This document shows, piece after piece, positions 61,890 to 64,000 of a DNA stretch of 64,000 bases (position 1 is the stretch's first letter; each line of letters opens with the position of its first letter). The notes beneath the pieces are model-generated. The model did no database searches and was not told the origin of the DNA. It worked only from the letters and a program-made list of their open reading frames with translations. Position numbers and translations under genes: made by a program. The stretch is from Chiloscyllium plagiosum (Eukaryota): positions 6,396,842 to 6,460,841 of the forward strand of contig NC_057758.1 of NCBI RefSeq assembly GCF_004010195.1. Reading direction: 5' to 3'.

Positions 61890-64000
61890 CTGCAATCCCT
61901 GATTCAAACGAAAACTCACCATGTCTGTTTCTGATGTAAAATCTTGATGGGCATGACAAATTCCAATAACCGGAATTACTTTCAATTTGAAAAGCTAATT
62001 CCAGTGTCATTTTTTCATTATTTCAATGAACTCATTCGACTTGCCCGCCCAGTGAATTGAATCCTTAACGCCCATGATACAGACCGGGTTACTAACCACT
62101 GTGAGAACGAGGAGCAGACAGTGAAGCTTTAACATTTTGGCGTTTCGATCAGTTACAGAATCCTCCATTTGCTAATGAAGGTTTGGCCGAGTCCATTCAG
62201 ATATTTAACTGCGCCTATGGGACTGATCAGCTGTGTTTGCCTTCAGTTCATTCAGATTCAGAGTACGAGGATGACAGGGAACTGTTCCTTGTGTGCACTG
62301 ATTTCGCTTCGGTTCGTGAATGCAATTTGTTCAAATTTATTAATACAAGATTGAGAAAGTTGTTGAATTGACGAAATTCTATGGAACTTCAATTCACCCC
62401 GATCTGGATGACAACATATTCGTTTATCTGCGTGCGTTTGGGAGCATGCGCAGGTCTGAATATCTCTGGGGTGTTCAAAGTGATTAAATGCCTTTCTTTG
62501 TGGCCTCCGGAAACCATGCACAGTCAGCAGTAGATTTCATCGAAAACCGTTCGGGATTCAGTCAGAGGGGCAGAGAAGGAGAACAGTAGTTCACTGCATA
62601 ATACAAAGTGACGGATCGAACGACACACACACATACGCACACTCTCAAGCATGCAAAAACAAGCACATAGACAGACATACATACACAGACACACAGACTT
62701 TCAACCAGGCATAAAGAAACACACACAGGCACACACACACACAAACAGACACCAGATTTAAGAAGAATTGTCACTGGAATGATAACCCTCAGAGTCGAAC
62801 GTGCCCATGAGGAGAAATGTTTCTGCTCCTTCTGTAACGAGAAAATAACTTAATTTTGGGCATCATTCGTGACACCGAGTATTTCCCTGGAACTATATGC
62901 AGGTACCTCTGCGAAGACTTTTTTCAGAATTTAAGATGACTTTTATTGCACATTATCTCTTTTTTTAATCTCTATCATTGATTCGGATGAAAATGTACAT
63001 GGCAAATGGAGTAAGTTCGCTCATGACAATAAAAAATGGATGAATCGTGAACCGTGAGGAAGTTTATCACAACTTGCAGCAGGACCTTTATCAGCGCGGG
63101 AAGTTGGCCGAGAAATGGTAAACAGAGGTTAACACAGATAAGGGTGAGGTATTGTATTTCGAATTAAGCAACGTTCAGAGTTTCATGGTGAATGGTCGGA
63201 CCTTAAGGAGTGTATTGCAAGAGAGGGAACTTGGAGTTCAGGCACAATTTGATTCGAAGTGAAGTTAGAGGTGGACAGGGCAGTGAAGAAGGCTTTCAGC
63301 ACACCTTCATCAGTCAAGGTATTGCGTATTGAAGTTGGGAAGGTATGTTGCAGTTTTACAGGATGTTGGCTAGGCTGCAGTTCAGTTTTGGCCGCTTTGC
63401 TATAGGAAGGATCGTATTAAGCTGGAAAGAATGCAGAATACATTTAGCAAAAATGTTGCCCGAGCCCAATCACCTGAGTTTTCGGGACAGTTTGGTCAAG
63501 CTCGGGTTTTTCTTCATGACAGTGTTGGACACGGAGGAGTTATCTTGAAGACCACGAGAAGCTTAGATAGCGGGATTGCACTCAGTATTTTTCTCAGGCT
63601 TTGCGAATCGAGGAATGCAGGGAACTAGTTCAAGGTTCGAGAGGAAACTGTAAAAAGGGAAACTGAGGAGTTTTTTTAGACAGAGGATTGTACGCATATG
63701 AAGTGAGCTGCCGTGAAAGTGGTTGAGGTGGGTGCGTTAACAACAAGTATACGTCATTTGACCAAATACCTGGGTAGGAAATTGGTGTGTATGGACCAGT
63801 TGCAAGGAACTGTGCTCCGCATGGTTGGATGTTTTCATTCGCAAGGACCAGTTTCGATCAAAAGCCCTGTCTCCGTTCTGTAAATCTCTCTGCCTCTATG
63901 ACTCAATTGCAGAGACTCCATTGAACAGAGGTGCACAATAGAACAAATCATTGTTACACGCATGAATGCGCAAACACACACAAGATAGACACACACATAT
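61890..64000 (+). repeat. Segmental duplication copy 2 (partner 39660-41850), runs off the window end
   Basis: Collinear with copy 1. Confidence 0.95.
62042..62113 (-). pseudogene. tRNA-Asp-derived pseudogene (duplicate of 39813-39884)
   Basis: Minus strand TCCTCGTTCTCACAGTGGTTAGTAACCCGGTCTGTATCATGGGCG..GGATTCAATTC. Confidence 0.65.

Overview
Repeat-rich vertebrate genomic DNA from a cartilaginous fish, most likely a shark. This is inferred from HE1-type V-SINEs, abundant CR1 LINEs and Penelope-derived fold-back elements. There are five assembly gaps. The only intact host coding sequences form a same-strand cluster of three GPR139/GPR142-like class A GPCRs: (1) a large coding exon at 358-1265; (2) a two-exon gene at 18180-18324 + 22156-23060 whose expected splice donor reads ATAAGT instead of GTAAGT; (3) a gap-truncated, ~97% identical tandem copy at 26420-27076, differing from gene 2 mostly by amino-acid-changing substitutions. 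Other notable items: a decayed retrovirus-like pol (RT thumb - RNase H - integrase, minus strand, ~32745-34400) resembling the NYNRIN/lokiretrovirus type; an inverted pair of Penelope-like elements inside the GPCR intron; palindromic Penelope-derived miniature elements with hammerhead-ribozyme-like cores, one with a 14-bp target-site duplication; a 2.2-kb segmental duplication carrying a tRNA-Asp pseudogene; a degenerate ~54-bp satellite; and a few unidentified decayed exon-like segments. Most other ORFs in the track are antisense or spurious readings of repeats, or span N gaps.
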